Origin: a virus
Lineage: Duplodnaviria; Heunggongvirae; Uroviricota; Caudoviricetes
Virus record (IMG/VR): IMGVR_UViG_3300044613_002694
Coordinates: 1-30,375 of that record
DNA: 30,375 nucleotides
Reading direction: 5' to 3' (one strand)
The notes under the pieces were generated by a model. That model had not been told where the DNA came from, did no database searches, and was given only the letters and a program-made list of their open reading frames with translations. Shown here piece by piece: positions 1 to 7,109 of the stretch (position 1 is the first letter of the stretch; each line of letters begins with the position of its first letter). A program made the position numbers and the translations under genes.

Positions 1-92
1 CCAACATGATGCGGATATCCATCCCATTGGCATCTGATCATCGAGATCCTGCCAGTAGCATGCTGCACAGCAATAGTACTCCTGGTCCCCAT
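1..92 (-). CDS. Partial phage protein (runs off left edge), MGTRSTIAVQHATGRISMIRCQWDGYPHHVG...
   Basis: Hand translation of the minus strand; MxTRSxI...WDGYP is a recurrent phage hypothetical-protein N-terminus; promoter 139-111 directly upstream. Confidence 0.75.
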   Translation of the reverse strand, partial: MGTRSTIAVQHATGRISMIRCQWDGYPHHV

Positions 93-110
93 ACTAGTAA
101 ATATTCTCAT

Positions 111-139
111 ATGATACAGCTAGCAATATCATTTGTCAA
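111..139 (-). promoter_or_regulatory. sigma70-type promoter TTGACA-N17-TATCAT
   Basis: Plus-strand TGTCAA 134-139 and ATGATA 111-116; the -35 contains the stop codon of the upstream gene. Confidence 0.7.
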
Positions 140-282
140 TACCTCTTTAATATATAACGATTAAAAGCCAACTCTTCTATCCTGGCATACACTGTCAGAT
201 GTTTGCCTATAGCATATACCAATCGCCCATCCACTGTATAACGCTCTCGTGCCCAGGTCATTATACGCTCATACCTACTCAT
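136..282 (-). CDS. 48-aa hypothetical protein MSRYERIMTWARERYTVDG...
   Basis: Hand translation (below ORF-track cutoff); AGGAGAG SD upstream, promoter 349-321. Confidence 0.7.
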   Translation of the reverse strand: MSRYERIMTWARERYTVDGRLVYAIGKHLTVYARIEELAFNRYILKRY

Positions 283-320
283 TCTACTCTCCTATCTTAT
301 CATTAAACAGTACAGCTAGC

Positions 321-349
321 ATTCTACCATATCCATATCATCCTGTCAA
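321..349 (-). promoter_or_regulatory. sigma70-type promoter TTGACA-N17-TAGAAT with TG extension
   Basis: Plus-strand TGTCAA 344-349 and ATTCTA 321-326. Confidence 0.75.
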
Positions 350-375
350 TAAGTTTTTAATCGTGAAGAAAAGGG

Positions 376-405
376 TTGACACCAAAGCGTAAAAAATGGT
401 ATAAT
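376..405 (+). promoter_or_regulatory. sigma70-type promoter TTGACA-N18-TATAAT with TG extension, firing into the minisatellite
   Basis: TTGACA 376-381, TG 397-398, TATAAT 400-405; back-to-back with the minus-strand promoter 349-321. Confidence 0.7.
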
Positions 406-440
406 ATAGAGTTATGCTAAAATTTTTGGCCATGCTAAAA

Positions 441-618
441 TACTATTGTATCGCTATTATAGTTTTTCGATATTATCTGTTGTTGATATTATCTGTTGTT
501 GATATTATAGTTTTTCGCTATTATCTGTTGTTGATATTATCTGTTGTTGATATTATCTGTTGTTGATACTATTGTATCGCTATTATAGTTTTTCGCTATT
601 ATCTGTTGTTGATATTAT
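441..618. repeat. Composite minisatellite, order C-B-A-A-B-A-A-A-C-B-A
   Basis: A=TATTATCTGTTGTTGA (16 bp, x6), B=TATTATAGTTTTTCGC/A (16 bp, x3), C=TACTATTGTATCGC (14 bp, x2), read directly. Confidence 0.95.
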
Positions 619-655
619 GTGTATATACACTATGTAAGGATATGTTATTGGACTG

Positions 656-704
656 TAGTATACACAGCTAGCAAAGTATAGGATATAGTATACACAGCTA
701 GCAA
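656..704. repeat. 19-bp direct repeat TAGTATACACAGCTAGCAA x2 (656-674, 686-704)
   Basis: Exact repeat with 30-bp period; core ACAGCTAGCA or CAGCTAGCA also near 116, 312 and 1011. Confidence 0.85.
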
Positions 705-706
705 TG

Positions 707-997
707 TTATGAATTGGATTGATATCCTGCGTTGTAGCCTTCAGTATACCCGTGTTCATCACCTTTATCGAATCCTTCGTCATAGCCTTCTTGAAAGCCT
801 TTTTCTTTACCGTGATTGAATCCATTAGAGTAACCTTCATCTTCGCCTAGTTTAAAACCCCATTGTTCGCCTTCGGTATGGCCTTCTGTGAATGCTGAAT
901 CATAGACTTTATTGAGTGCATCTTCGAGTAGTTGTTGAATATCATTACCTGGTTTATAGTGTTGTATGATGTGTTTTATTTGGGTATGTATAGTCAT
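707..997 (-). CDS. Hypothetical protein with GxxxG (FliH/Yae1-like) repeat helix
   Basis: GHTEGEQWGFKLGEDEGYSNGFNHGKEKGFQEGYDEG periodic glycines. Confidence 0.75.
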   Translation of the reverse strand: MTIHTQIKHIIQHYKPGNDIQQLLEDALNKVYDSAFTEGHTEGEQWGFKLGEDEGYSNGFNHGKEKGFQEGYDEGFDKGDEHGYTEGYNAGYQSNS

Positions 998-1012
998 AAG
1001 TTAATGTTGCAG

Positions 1013-1222
1013 CTAGCAATCGATGTTGATATTCCATGAGATAGATGGGAATGGAGTGATGATGAAGTCAGATGCATCATTAGTATTATTAAAGAGTTGG
1101 AAGTCTACTCTGGTATTATGTTGATCGATAGGTTTAATTTTCCAGCATCTAATTTCACCGTTATCGAGTTTAGTTACTTTAACGCTATGAGTATTGAAGT
1201 GCATTTCGAAAGATAGTTCCAT
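1013..1222 (-). CDS. 69-aa hypothetical protein
   Basis: AGGA SD 7 nt upstream; promoter 1284-1256 upstream. Confidence 0.7.
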   Translation of the reverse strand: MELSFEMHFNTHSVKVTKLDNGEIRCWKIKPIDQHNTRVDFQLFNNTNDASDFIITPFPSISWNINIDC

Positions 1223-1255
1223 AGTTGAATCCTATAAGATATTAAGTATTTACCT

Positions 1256-1284
1256 AGTGTACAATGTAAAGGAGTTTGTGTCAA
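1256..1284 (-). promoter_or_regulatory. sigma70-type promoter TTGACA-N17-TACACT
   Basis: Plus-strand TGTCAA 1279-1284 and AGTGTA 1256-1261. Confidence 0.65.
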
Positions 1285-1301
1285 GTGTTTTATGTATGAT
1301 A

Positions 1302-1331
1302 TTGACAGTAGTGGTTTTTGTATGATATAAT
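1302..1331 (+). promoter_or_regulatory. sigma70-type promoter TTGACA-N18-TATAAT with TG extension for the HNH gene
   Basis: TTGACA 1302-1307, TATAAT 1326-1331, AAGGAG SD 1342-1347. Confidence 0.75.
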
Positions 1332-1353
1332 GGATGGATTTAAGGAGAGATGA

Positions 1354-1998
1354 ATGGAAAAGAAGTGTAGTAAGTGTGGTGAGGTTAAGTTGGTTAGTTT
1401 ATTTCGAAAGGATCGGAACCAGTGTAAGGCATGTGTATCTGCATATAATAAGGAATATAATGAAGTTAACAATGACAAGATAAAGGAATATAAGAAGGAA
1501 TATCGTGAAACCAATCGAGATAAGATAAAGGAATATCAGAAGGTATATTATAATGAGGAATATAAGAAGGAATATTATGAAACTAATAAGGATAAGAGAA
1601 AGGAATATCAGAAGGAATATAGGAAATCTAATCGAGCTAGGTTAACCGAACAGGCTATAGTATACGATAAGAATCGTAGAAATTGTGATCCATTATATAG
1701 GTTAAGGCGTAATATACGTGCACGTATTCATAATTCTATAACTAGAATGGGTTATACAAAGAGTAGTAAGACTTATGAGATATTAGGATGTTCATATGAG
1801 GAGTTTAAGGTGTATATTGAAAGTCAGTTTGTTGAGGGTATGAGTTGGGATAATCGATCGGAGTGGCATTTAGATCATAAGATACCGGTATCGTATGGTA
1901 TGGATGAAATGGAGATTATAGCGTTGAATCATTACAGTAATTTTCAGCCGTTGTGGGCGGTAGATAATTTGAGTAAGGGCAATCGATATATGCATTAG
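1354..1998 (+). CDS. HNH / endonuclease VII-like nuclease with N-terminal CxxC zinc finger and KEY-rich repeats
   Basis: CSKC...CKAC; repeated KEYxKEY; C-terminal WHLDHKIP...NHYSNFQPLWAVDNLSK. Confidence 0.8.
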   Translation: MEKKCSKCGEVKLVSLFRKDRNQCKACVSAYNKEYNEVNNDKIKEYKKEYRETNRDKIKEYQKVYYNEEYKKEYYETNKDKRKEYQKEYRKSNRARLTEQAIVYDKNRRNCDPLYRLRRNIRARIHNSITRMGYTKSSKTYEILGCSYEEFKVYIESQFVEGMSWDNRSEWHLDHKIPVSYGMDEMEIIALNHYSNFQPLWAVDNLSKGNRYMH

Positions 1999-2002
1999 AG
2001 TT

Positions 2003-2031
2003 AACCCGGGTTTTACACCGGGTTTTGTATT
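2003..2031 (+). terminator. Probable intrinsic terminator after the HNH gene
   Basis: AACCCGG (2003-2009), loop GTTTTACA, CCGGGTT (2018-2024), then TTGTATT. Confidence 0.65.
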
Positions 2032-2058
2032 GACTGTGATAGTGAGATGTGGTAGTAT
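2030..2058 (+). promoter_or_regulatory. Array promoter TTGACT-N17-TAGTAT with TG extension
   Basis: TTGACT 2030-2035, TAGTAT 2053-2058, 25 nt before the first array ATG. Confidence 0.7.
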
Positions 2059-2069
2059 TGTGTTTTGGT

Positions 2070-2087
2070 ATATTGAGGTGATCATGA
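2070..2087 (+). promoter_or_regulatory. Non-coding leader copy of the array junction motif, serving as SD of unit 1
   Basis: ATATTGAGGTGATCATGA, 17/18 identical to junction ATATTGAGGTGGTCATGA; GAGGTGATC complements the 16S rRNA 3' end. Confidence 0.85.
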
Positions 2088-2266
2088 AGCGAGTAAAATT
2101 TAGTGCATCTACCTTCCGTAAATTCATGAATGAGACACAGGAGTTGAATTGGGTTGAGTCGTTTGAGTTACATGGGTTTAAGACGTATCGGTATGATTGT
2201 ACTAGTTATCCCAGGCATAGTTTGAGTGAAGAAGAGTATACCTGGTTTATATTGAGGTGGTCATGA
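2084..2266 (+). CDS. Array unit 1, class A
   Basis: Start after leader SD; ends WFILRWS. Confidence 0.85.
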   Translation: MKRVKFSASTFRKFMNETQELNWVESFELHGFKTYRYDCTSYPRHSLSEEEYTWFILRWS

Positions 2267-2487
2267 CATTTTGTATATTGTATGATGATTTACCTACATC
2301 AATAAAAAGCAATCTTGAGGAGCATTGTGGTTGGACTGCTGGTATTGATCCATCGATAGGTGACTTGTTATGTCAGCAAGTTGAGCGTAATGAGTTATTA
2401 AAATTTCATGCGACTATTTCTAACCATGATGTTATCGAATTTGAAAATGAAGCGTATTATACGTTATTTGTATTGAGGTGGTCATGA
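2263..2487 (+). CDS. Array unit 2, class D
   Basis: ATGA overlap; ends LFVLRWS. Confidence 0.85.
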   Translation: MTFCILYDDLPTSIKSNLEEHCGWTAGIDPSIGDLLCQQVERNELLKFHATISNHDVIEFENEAYYTLFVLRWS

Positions 2488-2672
2488 AGTATTTTAATTT
2501 ACTGGAGTTTCCGAAGTTTCTTGAAGAATATGAAAGTGACAGTGGTACTTGGTATGATAGTTTAAAAAGGGCTGGATATAGTTCAGTTGATCAGCATGGG
2601 CCGTTTGGACGTGAAAATTCGTATTCTATGAGTGATGAGCATTGGACTTGGTTTATATTGAGGTTTTTATGA
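2484..2672 (+). CDS. Array unit 3, class A
   Basis: ATGA overlap; ends WFILRFL. Confidence 0.85.
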   Translation: MKYFNLLEFPKFLEEYESDSGTWYDSLKRAGYSSVDQHGPFGRENSYSMSDEHWTWFILRFL

Positions 2673-2851
2673 TTTTTAATTTAATGGGGTTTCCGAAATT
2701 TCGTAGGTTTGCTGCTGGTGATGGGTATGATACATGGGAAGCTAGTTTACGTAATAATGGATTTCCATCTGCCAGGGTGCATGATTATAATGATTTAATA
2801 TATGAGATGGATGATATTGAGTATACTTGGTTTGTATTGAGGTGGTCATGA
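2669..2851 (+). CDS. Array unit 4, class A
   Basis: ATGA overlap; ends WFVLRWS. Confidence 0.85.
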   Translation: MIFNLMGFPKFRRFAAGDGYDTWEASLRNNGFPSARVHDYNDLIYEMDDIEYTWFVLRWS

Positions 2852-3036
2852 ATAGGGTATATTTTAATATTAAAGATTTTCCCAATTTTAGAAAAGAAGC
2901 ACTAAACTATTCAGGTACGCTCGATGATACGATGAGAAGAATGGGGTTTAAATCTGCAAAATTCAGACTTCAAGGTCCTAATGCATGGGGTTTAAGTGAA
3001 GAAGAATATACCTGGTTTGTGTTGAGGTTTTCATGA
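2848..3036 (+). CDS. Array unit 5, class A (5' half identical to unit 18)
   Basis: ATGA overlap; ends WFVLRFS. Confidence 0.85.
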   Translation: MNRVYFNIKDFPNFRKEALNYSGTLDDTMRRMGFKSAKFRLQGPNAWGLSEEEYTWFVLRFS

Positions 3037-3242
3037 AGCAGTTTCATATATCTGACTACCCAAATTTTTACTATTATGCAAAACGTATTGCTAAAGATGA
3101 ACTGGAGAGAACCGGTAAAAGACCCTTATATAGTGAGATAATGATACGTGAAGGATATAGATCTGCGATTATGGCTGAACCTGGGCAAGGTTGGTGTATG
3201 GATGATGTGGATTTTACTTGGTTTATATTGAGGTGGTCATGA
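3033..3242 (+). CDS. Array unit 6, class A
   Basis: ATGA overlap; ends WFILRWS. Confidence 0.85.
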   Translation: MKQFHISDYPNFYYYAKRIAKDELERTGKRPLYSEIMIREGYRSAIMAEPGQGWCMDDVDFTWFILRWS

Positions 3243-3448
3243 ATGTACTTACACTTACGTTATATAGGGAATCACGAGTGGGTCTTAACATTGTTAAGTT
3301 ATATATGGCATCTAGTTATTATAATTGGCCTGAGTTTATTAAAACACTTGATGATAATATAGTTGATGTTTTTGTTGCTCCCTTTTACACTGATATTACA
3401 TTTGAGAGTGAAGCACATAAGACTTGGTTCTTAATGAGGTATGCATGA
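3239..3448 (+). CDS. Array unit 7, class B
   Basis: ATGA overlap; ends WFLMRYA. Confidence 0.85.
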   Translation: MNVLTLTLYRESRVGLNIVKLYMASSYYNWPEFIKTLDDNIVDVFVAPFYTDITFESEAHKTWFLMRYA

Positions 3449-3693
3449 GTCAAAAATTAGGATGGAAAAAGAAATACCCGTTTAAAGCTACTATAAAAAG
3501 TGATAGTGTAGAAGCGTCAGCATGGTTAAGATCACAGTTTGGGCATGATTATTTAACACTATCGTCCGGTAGAAGGCTAGTACTCAATAGAAAAGACCGG
3601 GTATGGGCGTTTGAGAAATGGGAGTATACTGGTTCTACCTATGGATTTGGTAATGAAGAACATAAGACTTGGTTTTTATTGAGGTGGTCATGA
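3445..3693 (+). CDS. Array unit 8, class C-like
   Basis: ATGA overlap; ends WFLLRWS. Confidence 0.85.
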   Translation: MSQKLGWKKKYPFKATIKSDSVEASAWLRSQFGHDYLTLSSGRRLVLNRKDRVWAFEKWEYTGSTYGFGNEEHKTWFLLRWS

Positions 3694-3917
3694 GTCAATT
3701 AAAGGTAGTCACTTTCTCATCTATGGATCGTAATATCTATGCGGAATGGGAGTTATCAGAGAAATTTTATGGGTACGACATTTCTTGGACTGGGTATATA
3801 GAATCATTACCGCATGTTAAAGATGCAAAGTTTGTTTATGGGGATGGTGATTCATATACCTTGATCACATTTGATAGTGAAGAACATAAGACTTGGTTTA
3901 TATTGAGGTATTCATGA
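3690..3917 (+). CDS. Array unit 9, class B
   Basis: ATGA overlap; ends WFILRYS. Confidence 0.85.
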   Translation: MSQLKVVTFSSMDRNIYAEWELSEKFYGYDISWTGYIESLPHVKDAKFVYGDGDSYTLITFDSEEHKTWFILRYS

Positions 3918-4183
3918 AGAATATATTTACAGGCAATTGGCCTATTACATCAGATGGTTATTACATGGATCTTCCAGAAGGATGGGCTGGGGTATATACG
4001 GTTAAACAACTCAACTTACTTGGATTTGTTGCAGATTTGGAAGGTTATGCCGAGGTAGTAGACTGGATTCATAAAAACATCAAAAATGTTGATCGTAATG
4101 TATGGAGTAAGGGTTTTGGCAGTGCTCAATTTGCATTTAGAAAGAAATCGGATTATACTTGGTTTATATTGAGGTATTCATGA
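3914..4183 (+). CDS. Array unit 10, class C-like
   Basis: ATGA overlap; ends WFILRYS. Confidence 0.85.
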   Translation: MKNIFTGNWPITSDGYYMDLPEGWAGVYTVKQLNLLGFVADLEGYAEVVDWIHKNIKNVDRNVWSKGFGSAQFAFRKKSDYTWFILRYS

Positions 4184-4386
4184 TACAACTAAAAGTAAAA
4201 ATAAATTCAAGCATGGATCATAAATTACGTGAAGAATTCAACAACGTAGTTTGGGAAGACCTTATTATTGGGTATTATGGAATTATTGATGCCGAATATA
4301 TTCAATCAGGTAGTGAAACCGGTTGTACTACTATTGTATTTAAATCAGACGAATCTAAAACTTTTTTCTTAATAAAATACTCATGA
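4180..4386 (+). CDS. Array unit 11, class B
   Basis: ATGA overlap; ends FFLIKYS. Confidence 0.85.
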   Translation: MIQLKVKINSSMDHKLREEFNNVVWEDLIIGYYGIIDAEYIQSGSETGCTTIVFKSDESKTFFLIKYS

Positions 4387-4586
4387 TATATTATGTAGAT
4401 ATATTGCATACAACCACTTGGACAATTCAAGCGAGTGGTAGAGTTATGTTAACCTATGAAACTTCTGAATGGTTGAAAAAGAATTGTAAGGGTAGTTTCA
4501 TGTTAACCTGGGAAAACTGGCCATTTTATCGATTGGCGTTTAGTAATGAAGAAGATCGTAATTGGTTTGTATTGAGGTGGTCATGA
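4383..4586 (+). CDS. Array unit 12, class C
   Basis: ATGA overlap; ends WFVLRWS. Confidence 0.85.
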   Translation: MIYYVDILHTTTWTIQASGRVMLTYETSEWLKKNCKGSFMLTWENWPFYRLAFSNEEDRNWFVLRWS

Positions 4587-4777
4587 AAACAATTAAGATA
4601 AATGATTTTCCAAAATACACAACCGAGTTTCACAATGATGGATACGATACATGGGAAGATAGTATTAGGGCTAATGGATATAAAAGTGTAAAAGTTAATG
4701 CTGTCCATCCTTTTTTTGGCACGGTGTTAGATTTATCAGATGAAGATTATACTTGGTTCTTATTGAGGTGGTCATGA
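4583..4777 (+). CDS. Array unit 13, class A
   Basis: ATGA overlap; ends WFLLRWS. Confidence 0.85.
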   Translation: MKTIKINDFPKYTTEFHNDGYDTWEDSIRANGYKSVKVNAVHPFFGTVLDLSDEDYTWFLLRWS

Positions 4778-4989
4778 TAACCATCAAACCTTCACTGATG
4801 GATGAATGGTGGGTTAATTTTACCATGTCGTTATACGAGCAGGGATGGCTTGGAATGAGCTTTGAAAAACAATTGGTGGTACGCGAATCAGAATTAAATC
4901 GATACCATGTCACGTATGATATACATCAATATACCTTGACATTTGAGTCAGAAGCCTATTATAATTGGTTTATTTTGAGGTGGTCATGA
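4774..4989 (+). CDS. Array unit 14, class E body with D-type tail
   Basis: ATGA overlap; WWVNF motif; ends WFILRWS. Confidence 0.85.
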   Translation: MITIKPSLMDEWWVNFTMSLYEQGWLGMSFEKQLVVRESELNRYHVTYDIHQYTLTFESEAYYNWFILRWS

Positions 4990-5213
4990 GTTGTATGTTA
5001 CATATACCCTATGGTTCTGTTATGGACTATAAGTTAGAAGAGCAATGGTATATACCTGATTGTGCTGATGATATTCAATGGTCTAATTATTTATTATCGA
5101 TTAGTAAGGGTATAATTGATGTTCGTGCTGCAACAGTTAATGGGGTCAATGGTACTATAGTTAAATTCAACACAGAAGAACATAAGACTTGGTTTGTATT
5201 GAGGTGGTCATGA
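4986..5213 (+). CDS. Array unit 15, class B
   Basis: ATGA overlap; ends WFVLRWS. Confidence 0.85.
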   Translation: MSCMLHIPYGSVMDYKLEEQWYIPDCADDIQWSNYLLSISKGIIDVRAATVNGVNGTIVKFNTEEHKTWFVLRWS

Positions 5214-5404
5214 GTTGTATATTGGAGATACCAGTGATATCAACTTTAGAAGACAATATAGCCAAATATTATGGTACAATAGAGTGGCTGGATATAGCAA
5301 GGCATGAAGTTGGGATATCCAGTGTTTCATATAACAGATTTATTACCTACGTTGAGTTTGCAACTGAAGCACATAAGACTTGGTTTTTATTGAGGTGGTC
5401 ATGA
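5210..5404 (+). CDS. Array unit 16, class B
   Basis: ATGA overlap; ends WFLLRWS. Confidence 0.85.
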   Translation: MSCILEIPVISTLEDNIAKYYGTIEWLDIARHEVGISSVSYNRFITYVEFATEAHKTWFLLRWS

Positions 5405-5604
5405 GTCAATTAACGATAAAGAATAAATCTGCTTTGGAGAGAAAGTTATATGATGAATGGCGGAATAGTCCAGCTATAACATGGGTAGCCTTTATTAAGT
5501 CACTTGACAAGAATATTATTAGTGTTCGGTATGCTAATCCATACACTGATATTTGGTTTGATGATGATGCACGTAAGAATTGGTTTATATTGAGGTGGTC
5601 ATGA
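5401..5604 (+). CDS. Array unit 17, class B (close paralog of unit 24)
   Basis: ATGA overlap; ends WFILRWS. Confidence 0.85.
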   Translation: MSQLTIKNKSALERKLYDEWRNSPAITWVAFIKSLDKNIISVRYANPYTDIWFDDDARKNWFILRWS

Positions 5605-5792
5605 ATAGGGTATATTTTAATATTAAAGATTTTCCCAATTTTAGAAAAGAAGCACTAAACTATTCAGGTACGCTCGATGATACGATGAGAAGAATGGGTT
5701 ATAAAACTGCAACATTCAAAGCCAATGGTACTGTGAATGCATGGGGGTTGAGCGAAGAAGAATATACTTGGTTTGTATTGAGGTGGTCATGA
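5601..5792 (+). CDS. Array unit 18, class A
   Basis: ATGA overlap; ends WFVLRWS. Confidence 0.85.
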   Translation: MNRVYFNIKDFPNFRKEALNYSGTLDDTMRRMGYKTATFKANGTVNAWGLSEEEYTWFVLRWS

Positions 5793-6046
5793 TTAGATTA
5801 AGCATTTATAAACCAAGCATTATTGGTGCAACTGCTTGGGACAGTTGTACGAATGAATGGAAGACCATGGTGAGAGAACTGATGTCCAGGTATTCAGATT
5901 GGCCAGATCGTGATGATACCTGGTATCTAATTAATCAGGAATTACAGAAATATCATGGGAGTTTAGATAGGCTTGATAATGAGGTCAAAGAAATTATATT
6001 TGATAGTGCTGAAGGTAAGACTTGGTTTTTATTGAGGTATTCATGA
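5789..6046 (+). CDS. Array unit 19, class E-like
   Basis: ATGA overlap; ends WFLLRYS. Confidence 0.85.
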   Translation: MIRLSIYKPSIIGATAWDSCTNEWKTMVRELMSRYSDWPDRDDTWYLINQELQKYHGSLDRLDNEVKEIIFDSAEGKTWFLLRYS

Positions 6047-6249
6047 GTGAGTTATATTTAAAAGAGGGTACTGCGTTAGATCATAAACTGACTCGGCTAT
6101 TTTTTAGTAGTCAAACACGTGCTTGGTATAAGTTTGTTAAATCGCTTGATGAGAACATTATTGATGTCAGTGGTTTAACGGGTAGTATTACAAGAATCAC
6201 ATTTAACAGTGAAGCACATAAGACTTGGTTTATATTGAGGTATTCATGA
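6043..6249 (+). CDS. Array unit 20, class B
   Basis: ATGA overlap; ends WFILRYS. Confidence 0.85.
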   Translation: MSELYLKEGTALDHKLTRLFFSSQTRAWYKFVKSLDENIIDVSGLTGSITRITFNSEAHKTWFILRYS

Positions 6250-6461
6250 GTGTATTGTATATGGGTAATAATTTACCATTATATAAGAAACTGTCTGATT
6301 TATATTTGGCATCTAGTATTGTTGGGTGGTATAGTTTTATCAAATCGCTTGATGACAATATAGTTAGTGTTGACCGTGTTAAATTGGGTGGTGTTGAAGT
6401 TATGCAGATTGAATTTGATAATGAAGCACATAAGACTTGGTTTTTATTAAAATATTCATGA
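6246..6461 (+). CDS. Array unit 21, class B
   Basis: ATGA overlap; ends WFLLKYS. Confidence 0.85.
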   Translation: MSVLYMGNNLPLYKKLSDLYLASSIVGWYSFIKSLDDNIVSVDRVKLGGVEVMQIEFDNEAHKTWFLLKYS

Positions 6462-6691
6462 GTGAGTTAATTATAATGTCTAGTTCAACGATAGATGTTA
6501 ATCTTGAATCTGGGTGGGCTAGTGAATTTTATCAGATTGATGATTGGTTGGATTATTTGAAATCATTACCCACGGTCATTGATGCAACCTGGCATGAGCG
6601 TGAATGGAATGGTGGTGATAATCCATCATATACTTTGATCACATTTGAAAGTGAAGCACATAAGAATTGGTTTGTATTGAGGTGGTCATGA
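6458..6691 (+). CDS. Array unit 22, class B
   Basis: ATGA overlap; ends WFVLRWS. Confidence 0.85.
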   Translation: MSELIIMSSSTIDVNLESGWASEFYQIDDWLDYLKSLPTVIDATWHEREWNGGDNPSYTLITFESEAHKNWFVLRWS

Positions 6692-6909
6692 GTCAAGTAA
6701 AAGTACTTTTTAACTCAGCAATGGATTAAAATCTTGAAGAGTATGTACGTAGTGGCGTGAATAATGATTGGGAAGAAGTTATAAAATCATTACCCTATGT
6801 TAAAGATGCGAAATGGATTACTATTGGTTCGTCGATAGGTGGGTCCTATACTTTAATTACATTTGAAAATGAAGCACATAAGAATTGGTTTATAATGAGG
6901 TGGTCATGA
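6688..6909 (+). pseudogene. Array unit 23, class B, in-frame TAA at 6727-6729
   Basis: MSQVKVLFNSAMD*NLEEY...ITFENEAHKNWFIMRWS in one frame; could be an assembly error. Confidence 0.85.
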
Positions 6910-7109
6910 GTCAATTAACGATAAAGAATAATTCTACAATAGAGTGGAAGTTATACGATGCATGGAGAAATGCTGGAGTTTCATCATGGGAAATATTTAT
7001 TAAGTCACTTGACAAGAATATTATCAGGGTTCGTTACGATACCCCATATACAAATGTTTGGTTCAAGGATGACGCACACACAACTTGGTTTATTTTGAGG
7101 TGGTCATGA
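6906..7109 (+). CDS. Array unit 24, class B
   Basis: ATGA overlap; ends WFILRWS. Confidence 0.85.
   Translation: MSQLTIKNNSTIEWKLYDAWRNAGVSSWEIFIKSLDKNIIRVRYDTPYTNVWFKDDAHTTWFILRWS

Noticed and set aside
583-840. Minus-strand 85-aa ORF
   Set aside because: It overlaps the GxxxG gene in another frame and runs into repeats, so it is probably a shadow.
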